The position numbers and the translations under genes were made by a program. A stretch of 64,000 nt of DNA. Origin: a virus. Of this stretch, positions 19,419 to 30,273 are shown one piece after another. How positions within the stretch are numbered: position 1 is the first letter of the stretch; every line of letters begins with the position of its first letter. The stretch is from the IMG/VR virus record IMGVR_UViG_3300027659_000010. One strand, written 5' to 3'. The notes beneath the pieces are model-generated. The model did not search any database and was not told where the DNA came from. It saw nothing but the letters and a program-made list of their open reading frames with translations.

Positions 19419-20376
19419 TGATTACATCTTCTTTATTTCTTATAAAGTGATCAGTTCCACACATATCGCACTCCGGTATTGCACAAAACTTTGAGAAATG
19501 AAATTTTAAAACATCACCTTCTGAACATGTTTCTAAATTTAGAGCTTGATAGTCAACATACTTCTTCCAGTCGGGGTCGTCTAAGCTATTATGGAATTCT
19601 AAAAGTTTCTTTACAGTACCTAATGCAGAACATTTGTATATCTTTTTATCTAGTAAAAAATTACACATCGGACTACTACATCCTTCTTTGTAAGAGATAT
19701 GGGGTAATCCTGTTTTAAAAGGCTTAGGTTTTGTGGCCTGCATATAGTGATTCTTTTTAAAATCAAATTGCGGACGGAAGTGAACAAAAATTTTATCGTT
19801 GCAGTAATAATGGTCATTAGGCTGTTCGCCTAAGAAATATTCTTTATTCTGATCAATCCATTTCCCAAAGTAGGGATCTTTCCTAGGATTATCTAACTGC
19901 ATGAACTTTTTTAAAAACTGATTTGCATCATCTTTAGGTAATCCTAATCTTGTAACTAACTGGTTAACGCCTTCAGTTATTTTTGAAGTCATTTTTGCAT
20001 CAAAGGCTGCAAAATGATTACATACAAACAAACCAGATTCGTGTTTAATTAAAAAGTCTGCGACTTCATCTACGTGTTTAGATAACAGTGTTCCGTTTGT
20101 TGAGAACTGTATCTTTGCAGTAGGATCTATTTTTCGTATGTGCGTTAGTATAATATCGATCTTATCTAAGTATAATAACGGTTCACCTCCAATAACACTA
20201 TACAATTCAATCTCAAACTTTTCTTTGGCTAGTGTAATGCCTTCTAATATTGTTTCAATATCCGGATCTTTATCTGTATCTCTAACGACATTACTTCTAG
20301 TATCGCACTGATTGCATGATAGATTACATTTAGCACCGTAGTACACATCAAGCATTTTAAGGTATGGTTTAGTCAT
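19393..20376 (-). CDS. radical SAM protein
   Basis: CNLSCNQC, IGGEP, STNG. Confidence 0.88.
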   Translation of the reverse strand: MTKPYLKMLDVYYGAKCNLSCNQCDTRSNVVRDTDKDPDIETILEGITLAKEKFEIELYSVIGGEPLLYLDKIDIILTHIRKIDPTAKIQFSTNGTLLSKHVDEVADFLIKHESGLFVCNHFAAFDAKMTSKITEGVNQLVTRLGLPKDDANQFLKKFMQLDNPRKDPYFGKWIDQNKEYFLGEQPNDHYYCNDKIFVHFRPQFDFKKNHYMQATKPKPFKTGLPHISYKEGCSSPMCNFLLDKKIYKCSALGTVKKLLEFHNSLDDPDWKKYVDYQALNLETCSEGDVLKFHFSKFCAIPECDMCGTDHFIRNKEDVINVQISRME

Positions 20377-21532
20377 TTGATGATCTCAGATCTATAACAG
20401 GATAAAATTTTCGTACATGCTGATTGCTGATTTCTTTTTTAGATTTATAATTTTCAATATATTCTGCCAGTTCTAAATTAACGTCTTTTAACGAATGACC
20501 GGTTAATTTATCTACAGAATTATTATAAAAAATAAATTCTTCAAAGTAGTTGTTGTCATCTTTGTTTAAAAATTGCAAAACTTCCGGGTAGTCTTGTACA
20601 GCATGTTTTATGATATTTTTATATTCCTTAGGCAAACATGAAATCCGTAGAAATTCAGGATAAGATAAGAATTTTTTTTCTAATTCGAACTGTGAAAATT
20701 CTTTAGTTATAAACTGATCTAGTTCTTTTAATTTGTTTACATTATACACATTTACAACCGTAGAAATTCCTATAGTAGTACTCTGCTTTGGTCTTGAATC
20801 AATTAAAGAACTATAGAATTTTAAATTTTTTACTATCTCATTAAAATCTGATTTGCCTCTAATGTATTCATTTAAATGTCCAACCCCGTCTATGCTTACA
20901 TTTAAGTCTAAAAATCTACATTTTTTAAATGCTTCGAGTATATAATCTGTTGGCAGCACCGTTCCGTTGGTGTATGTAGAAACAACAACTTTTGATATCT
21001 CATTGGATAGTACCATATCTTTAACAAACTCCTGAGCCCGAGGACTTATCAACGGTTCGCCCCCAAATAATTTAATTTCTTTTAAATGAGTTTTATCGAT
21101 ATCGTTGTGTGTTGTAGATGCTACAAATTTTTTAGGGCTAATTGGTTTCCCTAATATTTTTAATTCGTCATCGTATAATAGATGACTGTTTGCAGATGAA
21201 CACATTCTGCATTTTAAATTGCATAGATTATCAAATTGTATTTGTATAGCATGTATCTCTATATTTTCAACATTACCATATTTCTTAACACTCCGTTGAC
21301 GCATGGATTCTATGCCTGCAACTTCCTCCCTGTAGCATTGATCACAACCGTTTACAATTTCGCCAGCCAACATTTGTTTTCTTACTTTTTCTAATTGACC
21401 GGTATTAAACGATTTCTCAAAAGATTCGTTAATTAGTATCTGATGGGAATAATTCTGACAGCACGGTTGCAACACGTCGCCGTTGTTTATTGTAACTTCT
21501 CTAAAAGGTAATGAACAATAAGTGTCATGCAT
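20369..21532 (-). CDS. radical SAM protein with N-terminal twitch/SPASM-like domain
   Basis: YCSLPF...PCC...CDQC, CNLKCRMC, FGGEP. Confidence 0.9.
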   Translation of the reverse strand: MHDTYCSLPFREVTINNGDVLQPCCQNYSHQILINESFEKSFNTGQLEKVRKQMLAGEIVNGCDQCYREEVAGIESMRQRSVKKYGNVENIEIHAIQIQFDNLCNLKCRMCSSANSHLLYDDELKILGKPISPKKFVASTTHNDIDKTHLKEIKLFGGEPLISPRAQEFVKDMVLSNEISKVVVSTYTNGTVLPTDYILEAFKKCRFLDLNVSIDGVGHLNEYIRGKSDFNEIVKNLKFYSSLIDSRPKQSTTIGISTVVNVYNVNKLKELDQFITKEFSQFELEKKFLSYPEFLRISCLPKEYKNIIKHAVQDYPEVLQFLNKDDNNYFEEFIFYNNSVDKLTGHSLKDVNLELAEYIENYKSKKEISNQHVRKFYPVIDLRSSND

Positions 21533-22220
21533 ATAATTGTTTTGCTCGGTCCATGAAGTCTATGGGGAAATTTGTCTTAAAACTTTCAAATGCTAACATT
21601 TGAAGATTGCTAAATGAAGTAGGAATATCTAATGAAATCCCCATTGAATCTATTTTAGAAAACAAATCATGTTGTCTATCTTCACTAATATGACTTAATA
21701 CACTACGTATAGATATTTGTGGTTCAAAATCTTTATAGCAGAAGAAATAATTAATGCTCTTAAGTTTGCCATCTACTATAAAGTAACTACTAGGATGCAA
21801 ACTGTACTTGTATATACCTAATGTTTTGTGCGCTTTAAAAATTTCTAACATCTGTTCTTGCCAATCGGGTAATATGTCGTCATACGCACAGTTGTTATCT
21901 AGAGTTTGTTGCCAAAAATCTACACCTTGTATTTGCATGTAGATTTTTTTATTATCTAAATCTATATTTGTTATTTCCGGAACCATGTCCGGGAATGAAT
22001 TACGCATTTGAGTAAGATAGTTCACTTCTCGTAGCCACTTCTCTTCCATTAATGCTGGATCAACTACTTGGTTCTGTTCTTTATGATAATCGGTATCGTT
22101 GGTATAATGTTGGCAAAAAATTGTTTTGTCTTCATTAACTAAACTTGTGTAGATCAAATTATTCCTACATAATCCTTTTCCCGGAACGTTATTATAGTAG
22201 TACTCAAACTTTGTTGTCAT
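21525..22220 (-). CDS. hypothetical protein, possible kinase-like fold
   Basis: Paralogous to 15898..16605. Confidence 0.5.
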   Translation of the reverse strand: MTTKFEYYYNNVPGKGLCRNNLIYTSLVNEDKTIFCQHYTNDTDYHKEQNQVVDPALMEEKWLREVNYLTQMRNSFPDMVPEITNIDLDNKKIYMQIQGVDFWQQTLDNNCAYDDILPDWQEQMLEIFKAHKTLGIYKYSLHPSSYFIVDGKLKSINYFFCYKDFEPQISIRSVLSHISEDRQHDLFSKIDSMGISLDIPTSFSNLQMLAFESFKTNFPIDFMDRAKQLYA

Positions 22221-22273
22221 ATAGCTACTTATCTGATAAGTATGTACGTAATTTAAATTAAGGATAGTATATA

Positions 22274-22873
22274 ATGAAAGAGGTTGTCTATAGCGAGATG
22301 CCTAGGGTAACAGTGTACGAAGACGTTGTAGATCATGAGTTTTGTGACTATATTATTAACAAATTCACCAAAGCAGGAATGAACCCAAGAGCAGGATGGG
22401 AATCATATCAACAATCTGACGGGCAAGTGCACGAAGGTATAGAGCAAAGAAATATTAGCTGGGACACTCCTCAAGAGATTCGAGAATTCTTTTGGGCTAT
22501 TATAACTAGAGTTACCGGTGTTCCTAGAACACACATCGAAGCAGGCGATATTTATAGATATGATGAAGGTCAATTTTTTGATCTGCATGTTGACTATCCT
22601 CTTGAACCAAAAAAGATAAATTATTATACTAATGGTGGGGATAGAAAACACACTGCAATTTTTTATTTAAATGATAACTTTGAAGGTGGTGAGTTTTACT
22701 TTCCAATTTTAGGATTTTCTATTAAACCTAAAAAAGGATCAATGGCTTGGATAGAGTATGACTATCCGGACGAGTCTATTAATCAATCTAGCGTACACGA
22801 ATCTACAATAATTACCAAAGGTGAGAAGTGGATATGTGCAACTTTTATTGCAAACGGTCCGAGGGTTGAATAA
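22274..22873 (+). CDS. prolyl 4-hydroxylase-like 2OG-Fe(II) oxygenase
   Basis: HVD, FYLNDNFEGGE, HES...GEKW. Confidence 0.85.
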   Translation: MKEVVYSEMPRVTVYEDVVDHEFCDYIINKFTKAGMNPRAGWESYQQSDGQVHEGIEQRNISWDTPQEIREFFWAIITRVTGVPRTHIEAGDIYRYDEGQFFDLHVDYPLEPKKINYYTNGGDRKHTAIFYLNDNFEGGEFYFPILGFSIKPKKGSMAWIEYDYPDESINQSSVHESTIITKGEKWICATFIANGPRVE

Positions 22874-23799
22874 TGACCGATAGAATAAAATTTGAGACTA
22901 ATTTCTCCGTGATGGTGAACAACTTGTGTAACATGACTTGTAGTCATTGCACAGGGTTAGCTATGTATGATTTCTTAGGTACGTTCAAATGGGGTGATTG
23001 GAACCAACGATATAAGCGATGGTCTGAAATTCTAGATCTAAGATATGTGTCTATATGCGGTGGAGAGCCTTATCTACATCCAGAGTTAGAGTTATGGTTT
23101 GATAGCTTACGTGAATGGTGGCCTGAGGCTAAAATAGAAATACTCACTAACGGCACTAGATTATCTAAACGGATTGAGTTATCAAGAAAAATAATAAGAG
23201 ATGGTAATGCATACTTACAGGTTTCTTGCCATGATGCAGATACATTTAATAGTATGAATGAAGACTTATTAGCAATTTTAGAGCCCTGGAAAGATTCACT
23301 ATCAAATGTTAAAAAAGAGAAAGTACCTTTAGAGTCTTGGAAAATGCTTGAGTACTATTCAGAAGGACGATTAATAGCAAGACTACAACAAGTTACAGAA
23401 ATGGCGCCTCCTTATCACAAGTATGTCGACAACGGTACTGTGTATTTTGAGATGGGTGGGGATATGGTTAAAAGCCATGAATCATGTGTGTGGAAAGACT
23501 CTTACACATTCCAGCATGGAATTCTATATAAATGTCCACCTGTAACAAATTATCCAGAGGCTAAGTTACAGGTTGGATTTGAAAAAGAAGCAAGAGAAAT
23601 ATTAGAACAGTATAAGGGATGTGATCCTTTAAGCGATGACAAATCGGTAATTGAGTTTATTAACAACTTAGCAGTACCAATACGAGTATGTGAACTATGT
23701 GCATTTGACAAACAAAAAGTAGAACTAGGAATACCAGTCACGTTAGATTCTAGTCGTAAGAAAAAATTTAGACAATTTAAATTAACTCAGTATGATTAA
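22873..23799 (+). CDS. radical SAM protein
   Basis: CNMTCSHC, CGGEP, LTNG. Confidence 0.88.
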   Translation: MTDRIKFETNFSVMVNNLCNMTCSHCTGLAMYDFLGTFKWGDWNQRYKRWSEILDLRYVSICGGEPYLHPELELWFDSLREWWPEAKIEILTNGTRLSKRIELSRKIIRDGNAYLQVSCHDADTFNSMNEDLLAILEPWKDSLSNVKKEKVPLESWKMLEYYSEGRLIARLQQVTEMAPPYHKYVDNGTVYFEMGGDMVKSHESCVWKDSYTFQHGILYKCPPVTNYPEAKLQVGFEKEAREILEQYKGCDPLSDDKSVIEFINNLAVPIRVCELCAFDKQKVELGIPVTLDSSRKKKFRQFKLTQYD

Positions 23800-24607
23800 A
23801 GGTATCGGCGGTAAGCCTTATATAAACTTAGATTCTTACTTAGACATTGAAGGATTCAAAAACTTACATCCTGAAATATGTAAGGGCTTTGCTTTGGCAA
23901 GAGATTATGCTAAAGAAGGCACCTGGATGAAACCTGGATTTAATTGGAAAGATGCTAGTTACATTATTAACTGGAAACCAATTTATAAGGCAGTAGAAGA
24001 ATACCTAGCGTTGCCAGAAACAGATCCTATACGTGTTGCCGGTGACCCATTGTACTTTACAGACCTGAGCAATTTTAAAAATCGTAATACATTTACACGC
24101 TATTTAAAAATGGTGCTAGGCGCTAGTGATCCTTACATTTACTATTTCTTATGGGAGCAAGGTGACTGGAATAACCGTGGTGCTGAACGTAGACCCACAG
24201 AAGAAAGCAAATATTTTCCAGGTGTAGTAGTATGGGTAAAAAACTTATTAGAACAGAATATTATTAGCCAGGTAGGTCGTGTTATATTCTTCCACTGTGA
24301 CCATAACGGATTAGGATTTGAGCATAGAGACCTAGATGCCAACAATGGCATATTAGAAAAAAACTCTTACACAGATCATCGCAACGAGTTTATACACATA
24401 CGTTTTAGAACCAAGCGTGGATTTTATATTTGGGATCCAGATACTGAAAATAAACACTATATTAACAGCAACGCAGGCTTCTGGAACGATGAAGATTGGC
24501 ACGGTGGAGACAGCATAGGCGAGCAAGACTATGCGTTACGTGTGGACTGTAAGTTTACACAAGAGTTTCGTGCCAAGTTAGGCATTGCACACTTGGATAG
24601 CTATTGA
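23792..24607 (+). CDS. cupin/2OG-Fe(II) oxygenase-like protein
   Basis: HRD...WHGG...LRVD. Confidence 0.55.
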   Translation: MIKGIGGKPYINLDSYLDIEGFKNLHPEICKGFALARDYAKEGTWMKPGFNWKDASYIINWKPIYKAVEEYLALPETDPIRVAGDPLYFTDLSNFKNRNTFTRYLKMVLGASDPYIYYFLWEQGDWNNRGAERRPTEESKYFPGVVVWVKNLLEQNIISQVGRVIFFHCDHNGLGFEHRDLDANNGILEKNSYTDHRNEFIHIRFRTKRGFYIWDPDTENKHYINSNAGFWNDEDWHGGDSIGEQDYALRVDCKFTQEFRAKLGIAHLDSY

Positions 24608-24616
24608 GGAAACATT

Positions 24617-25114
24617 ATGAAATATATTGGAAATTTTGCTGAATTTATAAAAGACGAGTGGATCGCAGAAGTGTTATCTGGCCGAGGCAAGGCTAGACCA
24701 AAAGATTGGCCGCCGGCATATACACAAGAAAGCAATGAATACAAAAAGGCAACAGATGCAGGATACGACCTCGAAGGAATTCACTGGTATGTATTTGACA
24801 GCGGGGAAGATCTTAGTTTTCAAATTGAGTTCCCGTTTTTAAAGAATGAAAATCATTGGTGGATTACAAAACTTTATCCCGGACAGTACATGCCGATGCA
24901 TTCAGACCCGCATGTACATGAAAAGGACGGAACGCGATATTGGATTCCTTTACAGGACTATCATCCTGGGCATGTGTTTATATATAATGACACACTAATG
25001 ACAGGTTACAAAAAAGGGGATGTGTTTGTGTTTCTCGATTCTTACGATATGCATGGGTCTGCAAACATTGGACATATTCCTAGATTAAGTTTGTTGATAA
25101 CCGAATACGTATGA
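24617..25114 (+). CDS. 2OG-Fe(II)/cupin-type oxygenase-like protein
   Basis: HSD...HGSAN...R. Confidence 0.65.
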   Translation: MKYIGNFAEFIKDEWIAEVLSGRGKARPKDWPPAYTQESNEYKKATDAGYDLEGIHWYVFDSGEDLSFQIEFPFLKNENHWWITKLYPGQYMPMHSDPHVHEKDGTRYWIPLQDYHPGHVFIYNDTLMTGYKKGDVFVFLDSYDMHGSANIGHIPRLSLLITEYV

Positions 25115-25863
25115 AAATAGGGTTTTATGGTGATAGTTATTGCGTGAAAATAGATTCGTTACACTGCCAATATCACAAATATCAAACATATATCAAACTT
25201 GTCAAGAATCATTATAATGCAGAAGTTATAAACCTAGGGGTGGGAGGTAGTAGTTATTGGGACTTGATGCTGAAACAGTTTCCACCTGCCTTAAACAATT
25301 TACCAGATATATGCATATTTTGTTGGACTGATCCTTCTCGTATATATAACCCGAGTACTAGAAATTTAGGTTCATGGGTAATGGAAAAAATTAATTACAT
25401 GGATCATCCTGGCCATATATTAAATCACAATACATACCTTGCAGCACAGAAATATTTTACACATTTGTATGATGACGAAAAGGCATTACACGAAGCATTG
25501 TCAGCATTTTATTTTTTTGATCGAGAAGTGCTTGCTCCTATACAAGATAAGACTAAAATTATTCACTTGTGGAGTTTTGGTATTCCGAGAAATACTGATT
25601 CTAATAATATCTATATTCCGGATAATCTTGATTATATTTACAGATGGAAGACTGGAGTTGAACTAAGACCTAGTTTAAAATGTTTTGGTAATCTCTCTGG
25701 GGATGTATTAGATGAAGGTCCGGTGCCTAATCATTTATATGGTAATCTGAATAATACATTACTTGCAGATTTTATTATAGAAGCCATCAATGAGCATCAC
25801 AATGGAAAATTACTAACCAAAGACGATATTGTAGAACAAAATCGACTATACAAAATTTCATAA
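25111..25863 (+). CDS. SGNH/GDSL hydrolase-like protein
   Basis: GFYGDSY, NLGVGGSS, late NH motif. Confidence 0.55.
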   Translation: MKIGFYGDSYCVKIDSLHCQYHKYQTYIKLVKNHYNAEVINLGVGGSSYWDLMLKQFPPALNNLPDICIFCWTDPSRIYNPSTRNLGSWVMEKINYMDHPGHILNHNTYLAAQKYFTHLYDDEKALHEALSAFYFFDREVLAPIQDKTKIIHLWSFGIPRNTDSNNIYIPDNLDYIYRWKTGVELRPSLKCFGNLSGDVLDEGPVPNHLYGNLNNTLLADFIIEAINEHHNGKLLTKDDIVEQNRLYKIS

Positions 25864-26985
25864 ATGCCATGTTGGTATAGTATCGAACAAACTTGCTTTT
25901 AAACTAAAGTAAATTTCTGCATCAAATTTATCATTAATGGCCTTTAATAATTTTTCTTCTTTAAATTTACGATATTCAAGGCTGTAAAAAAATGTTGTTC
26001 CTTCGTAATTAAATATGTTTGAAAGATTTATTAGTGTATTACCTATGCTTGTGTCCACATAATCTAACAAATTATCGTTGCCTAGAAGATCACACTTTAC
26101 AAATTTGTAATCAGGATATTGCTTCTGCCAATAATCTAAAGACGATTTGTTGTAATCATACATAATTACTGTTCCATTATCGGATAGATATTCAGCAAAC
26201 CACACTCCACTAGCAGGAGTAACAATCTGATCATATTTCTTTACAGGAAGATCTACAGTTTCGGTGTTAGCTGTATGAACGTATGTATCGTGGCAATAGT
26301 TTAGTCGATGGTATGCCCAACTTAATTGCTTGTAAAAATCATCAGGACTCTCGGGATAGAAATGTTTTTTATTATTCCTAAGTTCTTCGTCAAACACTAA
26401 CATAGTATAACCTTCTTCGAAACCTTTGCTAAGTATATTCCAACCGTGGCATTGGTGATTATATTGTTTAGTATCATCCCCTACGCTGACCCATTTAGGA
26501 GTAAAGTCGTCGTGCCAATTTTCACGGCTACGCCAGGGCATCCACTGCTTGTGTTTTGCTCCTAGTTGCTGTTTTCCTATTTTTGGATTACCTAGTTGTT
26601 TATAATGCTTTAAGTTAATAACATAACATTGGTGATGCAATTCATAATACGCATCACTTCGATCTAATATATGTCCTGCTATAAAAAAATCTTTTGTAAT
26701 CAGATTTGATAATGCATCAAAGAATGCTGTTCCGTTGATAAATTCTGTACCAGTGCTTACTACTAATGCAAAGTCATATTCTAATGTAGATACATGATTA
26801 ATCAGTGCGTCCTCATCTACCCATTGAAAAACAGTATAACCTTTTTTGTATAGATTAGATAAAACTCCGTCTGCTTGATTTTTTATTAATTGGCGGATCT
26901 CGGGCTGATACTGTCTTGTGTTATCAACAAAACATACAGCTATGTTTCTATCCCATCCGGGATTAAATTCTAGAATGTTTATCAT
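25858..26985 (-). CDS. hypothetical protein
   Basis: 375-aa ORF within the enzyme island. Confidence 0.65.
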   Translation of the reverse strand: MINILEFNPGWDRNIAVCFVDNTRQYQPEIRQLIKNQADGVLSNLYKKGYTVFQWVDEDALINHVSTLEYDFALVVSTGTEFINGTAFFDALSNLITKDFFIAGHILDRSDAYYELHHQCYVINLKHYKQLGNPKIGKQQLGAKHKQWMPWRSRENWHDDFTPKWVSVGDDTKQYNHQCHGWNILSKGFEEGYTMLVFDEELRNNKKHFYPESPDDFYKQLSWAYHRLNYCHDTYVHTANTETVDLPVKKYDQIVTPASGVWFAEYLSDNGTVIMYDYNKSSLDYWQKQYPDYKFVKCDLLGNDNLLDYVDTSIGNTLINLSNIFNYEGTTFFYSLEYRKFKEEKLLKAINDKFDAEIYFSLKASLFDTIPTWHL

Positions 26986-27718
26986 ACTGTTTTATATAAC
27001 TTCGAACAACCAACTCTGCAAATGCTTCTTTTTTAATACCAGGAATACCGTGCGATATTAAGTGTACTCTAGGAATGTGAGAAAGATTGATAACACTATG
27101 ATAGTTCCTTATGTTAACAATAAATGCTCGACCTTCTTTAAAAGGAACAACTCCATACCCTTGAACTGATAGATAACAATTATCTGGATGATGAATAGCT
27201 ACATTAATTGGTACTCCGAAATCTAACATATCAAGATCATTTTCTCCCGGCAGTTTTCCAGGTGCATCGCTATGAGGATTAATATATCCGTTAGATTCTA
27301 CCTGCATAAATCTTATTCTGCGATAAGACTCGTAAGGGAAATCTTTCCAAAAAGATTTTATAGAAGGAGTCTGTTCCGATAAAGATGTCCAATTATAAGG
27401 AACTTGAGATTCATCAGTATAGCCATAGTTCGTCCAGGCTCCTGTTTTATCAACATCAATACCGTGTATACAACAACTGTTCCATCCCTTGCTGTCTGTT
27501 TCTCTATGTGGTACTAAGCGAAATGTAGATTTGTCTGATTCTCTTTGCCAGTTTTCGACATCAATGTCCATATCAAGTTCTAACCATCCTATCTTGGAAT
27601 AGTTTAAAATCCATCGGGCAATCTGCAGATTGCCGAGAAGGTCTTCTGGTATTTGTGGAGTCTTCCAAATTATATCTTTGTTCTTCAAATAAAAATCAAA
27701 TGCTGTCTGGATATTCAT
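26963..27718 (-). CDS. Asp/Asn beta-hydroxylase-like oxygenase
   Basis: RIRFM...PHSD...YHSVIN...RVHL. Confidence 0.7.
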   Translation of the reverse strand: MNIQTAFDFYLKNKDIIWKTPQIPEDLLGNLQIARWILNYSKIGWLELDMDIDVENWQRESDKSTFRLVPHRETDSKGWNSCCIHGIDVDKTGAWTNYGYTDESQVPYNWTSLSEQTPSIKSFWKDFPYESYRRIRFMQVESNGYINPHSDAPGKLPGENDLDMLDFGVPINVAIHHPDNCYLSVQGYGVVPFKEGRAFIVNIRNYHSVINLSHIPRVHLISHGIPGIKKEAFAELVVRSYIKQYDKHSRI

Positions 27719-27757
27719 ATAAGTAGTTATCTGCGTATTTAAAGAATAAGTAGTTAT

Positions 27758-28615
27758 ATGACTGTACCACCTAACGATAAAAGATCGCTACCCTATGGCG
27801 GATCATTTGCTATTATGGATCCGGAAACTTTGGACATCCTACCTCAGGCTATGAATGTAGATGCCGAGACATTTTGTAAAAGATACTCAGAGTGGATAAA
27901 ATCCACTGAACTAAACACTATTACAGGAATAGAACACTTTCCATACGCTGTATTTTCTAACGGAACTACAGAAGCATTTGATAAGTTCTATATCAAAAAT
28001 AATAAACGACGATTTCGCTGCTTCAAAGGAGAATATATCTATCATCAAGTGACCTGGAGGAGCAGCTGGCCGAATTGGCAATTTATAGAAGATGCTCCAT
28101 TAGAAACTAACGATGCAGTGATTATCAGCCTACCATTTAGCGACACAGGGAACGAACATTCCAAAATGGGAGAAACTTTGCGTATCTGTACAGAACTTGA
28201 AATTCCTGTATTAGTTGACTGTGTGTATTTTGGTGTATGTTCTAACATAGATTTTAATTTTAATTTTGACTGCATTACAGATATTACGTTTAGTCTATCA
28301 AAAGCATTTCCTTTAGCATATGCTCGTGTTGGTATGAGATTGACTAGAGAGGACAATGACGATTCTTTGTTAATGATGCACAAGATCGATTACACCAATA
28401 GAGTGGGAGCAGGATTAGGATATAAAATGATCGAAAGATTTTCTCCAGATTTTATTGTTCAGCGTTATAAGAAACGTCAAATAGAACTTTGTAAGACTCT
28501 TGGTATTAAATCTAGTAATACTGTGTTGTTTGGTATAGACGAACACAATCGTTATCCAGAATACAACAGAGGCGGTTCAACAAATCGTCTGGGATTATAC
28601 AAGCACTATGTATAA
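27758..28615 (+). CDS. PLP-dependent fold type I enzyme (aminotransferase-like)
   Basis: NGTTEAF, LVDCVY, FSLSKAF...RVG. Confidence 0.75.
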   Translation: MTVPPNDKRSLPYGGSFAIMDPETLDILPQAMNVDAETFCKRYSEWIKSTELNTITGIEHFPYAVFSNGTTEAFDKFYIKNNKRRFRCFKGEYIYHQVTWRSSWPNWQFIEDAPLETNDAVIISLPFSDTGNEHSKMGETLRICTELEIPVLVDCVYFGVCSNIDFNFNFDCITDITFSLSKAFPLAYARVGMRLTREDNDDSLLMMHKIDYTNRVGAGLGYKMIERFSPDFIVQRYKKRQIELCKTLGIKSSNTVLFGIDEHNRYPEYNRGGSTNRLGLYKHYV

Positions 28616-29645
28616 GATTGTTAATTTAGAAACATTTGCTATATCACAAGACACAGTTGAAGATTTATTAAAGCAAGAGATAGGTGATAGCAAACAGATT
28701 TTAGGGTTGCTATTATTAGATGGATTTCTTTTTAACAACAACTGTAACATAGATCTACTAGACAAAAGTATCGATCTGCATGTGGTGGCAGGCATAGTTA
28801 ACGATCAACATCAATACAATAATATAATTCATTTTGATTTTATGATGCATACTGTTTTCTTGGGATATAAAAATAAAGAAACATACATCTGGAATAAAAA
28901 TTCTAATAAATTTTTATTTCTAGGAGGAGTTCCTAACAGGCACAACAGAGCAGGTCTCCTGAATAAATTTAAAAAAAGCGATTTATTAAACGATTCAGTA
29001 TATACATTTTTTAAACCCTGGACCGAAGAACAAAAACAATGGTGTAAAAATAATGTAGATGGGTATGATAAGATAGTCGAGCAGTCTATAGACGATGTTT
29101 ATTCCGCATCTAAGCATTACGGAACCAATCCTTCTCAGAATGAATGGACGAAAAATATAGGATGGATCGAACCGGCAGTTTATAAGAATACCGCATTAAG
29201 CATAATTTCAGAAGGTGTAAGCAGCAGTGACTTAACTTCTAGATATCTTACAGAAAAGACCTACAGAGTATTTGTCCAACGCCATCCATTTTTACATGCT
29301 TCTACTCCGGAGATGTTTAAATACATTAAGGAATTAGGATTTAAAACTTTTGAAGAATATATGCTAATAAAAGATTATGCTTATTTGCCAAACGAACAAG
29401 ACAGGTTAGATGCTATTGTAAAAAATACAAAACATTTTCTAGCAAACTATCAAGCATACCAACTAGATATTGAAGCAGATATCGAGCATAATTACAATCT
29501 GTTTTACAAATTAGCAAACAAGAATTTAAAAACGTTGGATTATATAAAAAACAAATTTCATATAGAACAACACGAGATTGATAAATGGTTCAATCAAAAA
29601 GGATTCCATCATCTAGTGAGGGCATATGCTAGTCGAACACAATAA
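28608..29645 (+). CDS. hypothetical protein, glycosyltransferase-like
   Basis: SIISE...YLTEKTY resembles the GT10-type TEK motif. Confidence 0.45.
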   Translation: MYKIVNLETFAISQDTVEDLLKQEIGDSKQILGLLLLDGFLFNNNCNIDLLDKSIDLHVVAGIVNDQHQYNNIIHFDFMMHTVFLGYKNKETYIWNKNSNKFLFLGGVPNRHNRAGLLNKFKKSDLLNDSVYTFFKPWTEEQKQWCKNNVDGYDKIVEQSIDDVYSASKHYGTNPSQNEWTKNIGWIEPAVYKNTALSIISEGVSSSDLTSRYLTEKTYRVFVQRHPFLHASTPEMFKYIKELGFKTFEEYMLIKDYAYLPNEQDRLDAIVKNTKHFLANYQAYQLDIEADIEHNYNLFYKLANKNLKTLDYIKNKFHIEQHEIDKWFNQKGFHHLVRAYASRTQ

Positions 29646-30273
29646 TTATCAGTACTATACTTTGTTAGAAGAACTGTTAGCCAGTCTTACTGCTACTGTA
29701 AATTCTAATCCTTGGAGAAATGTACTGTCAAGATTGTTAGAACTTCCCAAAGAAGATACCACCGAAGACGTATGGTGGGTGCTATCTACAGACAACGATA
29801 CACAAAAATACGAAACTAATTTTTCTATAAATTATGGTCGTGTAAACGAATCAAAGAATGGCTCTAGCTGGTTAGTAATTATGTTGGCCGACGACAGCTG
29901 GAAAGAAACGCATGACAATAAAATAATTGATAGTATTTTTTTTAAAGAAAAACAATTAATTAATAAGCTACCTGGAATAAGGATGGCAACACTATCTTTC
30001 ATCAGTGATAACACAGTAGTTCAGCATCACGTAGACGGTTATGAAAAGTTTGAAGACGACAGCTACTATTATCAATTGCTGTTAAATGCAGATGCTCCTA
30101 TATCCGATGACATATCGTTGATTATAGAAGATAAAAAATTTAGACAACAACCGAATAGTATATTCGGATTTGATTCACATTACCCCCACGGAGCTGAAAA
30201 TTTCTCAGGCGGTGACTGGATTGTTTTAAGTATTAAAATACAAAGAAAGTATTTTGAAAATAATATCAAATAA
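29626..30273 (+). CDS. Asp/Asn beta-hydroxylase-like oxygenase
   Basis: HHVD...FDSHYPHGAEN. Confidence 0.6.
   Translation: MLVEHNNYQYYTLLEELLASLTATVNSNPWRNVLSRLLELPKEDTTEDVWWVLSTDNDTQKYETNFSINYGRVNESKNGSSWLVIMLADDSWKETHDNKIIDSIFFKEKQLINKLPGIRMATLSFISDNTVVQHHVDGYEKFEDDSYYYQLLLNADAPISDDISLIIEDKKFRQQPNSIFGFDSHYPHGAENFSGGDWIVLSIKIQRKYFENNIK

Noticed and set aside
5359-23799. Specific names (MoaA, QueE, NrdG, PqqE) for the radical SAM proteins
   Set aside because: Only generic CxxxCxxC/GGEP motifs are visible; no diagnostic features or partner genes support a specific function.
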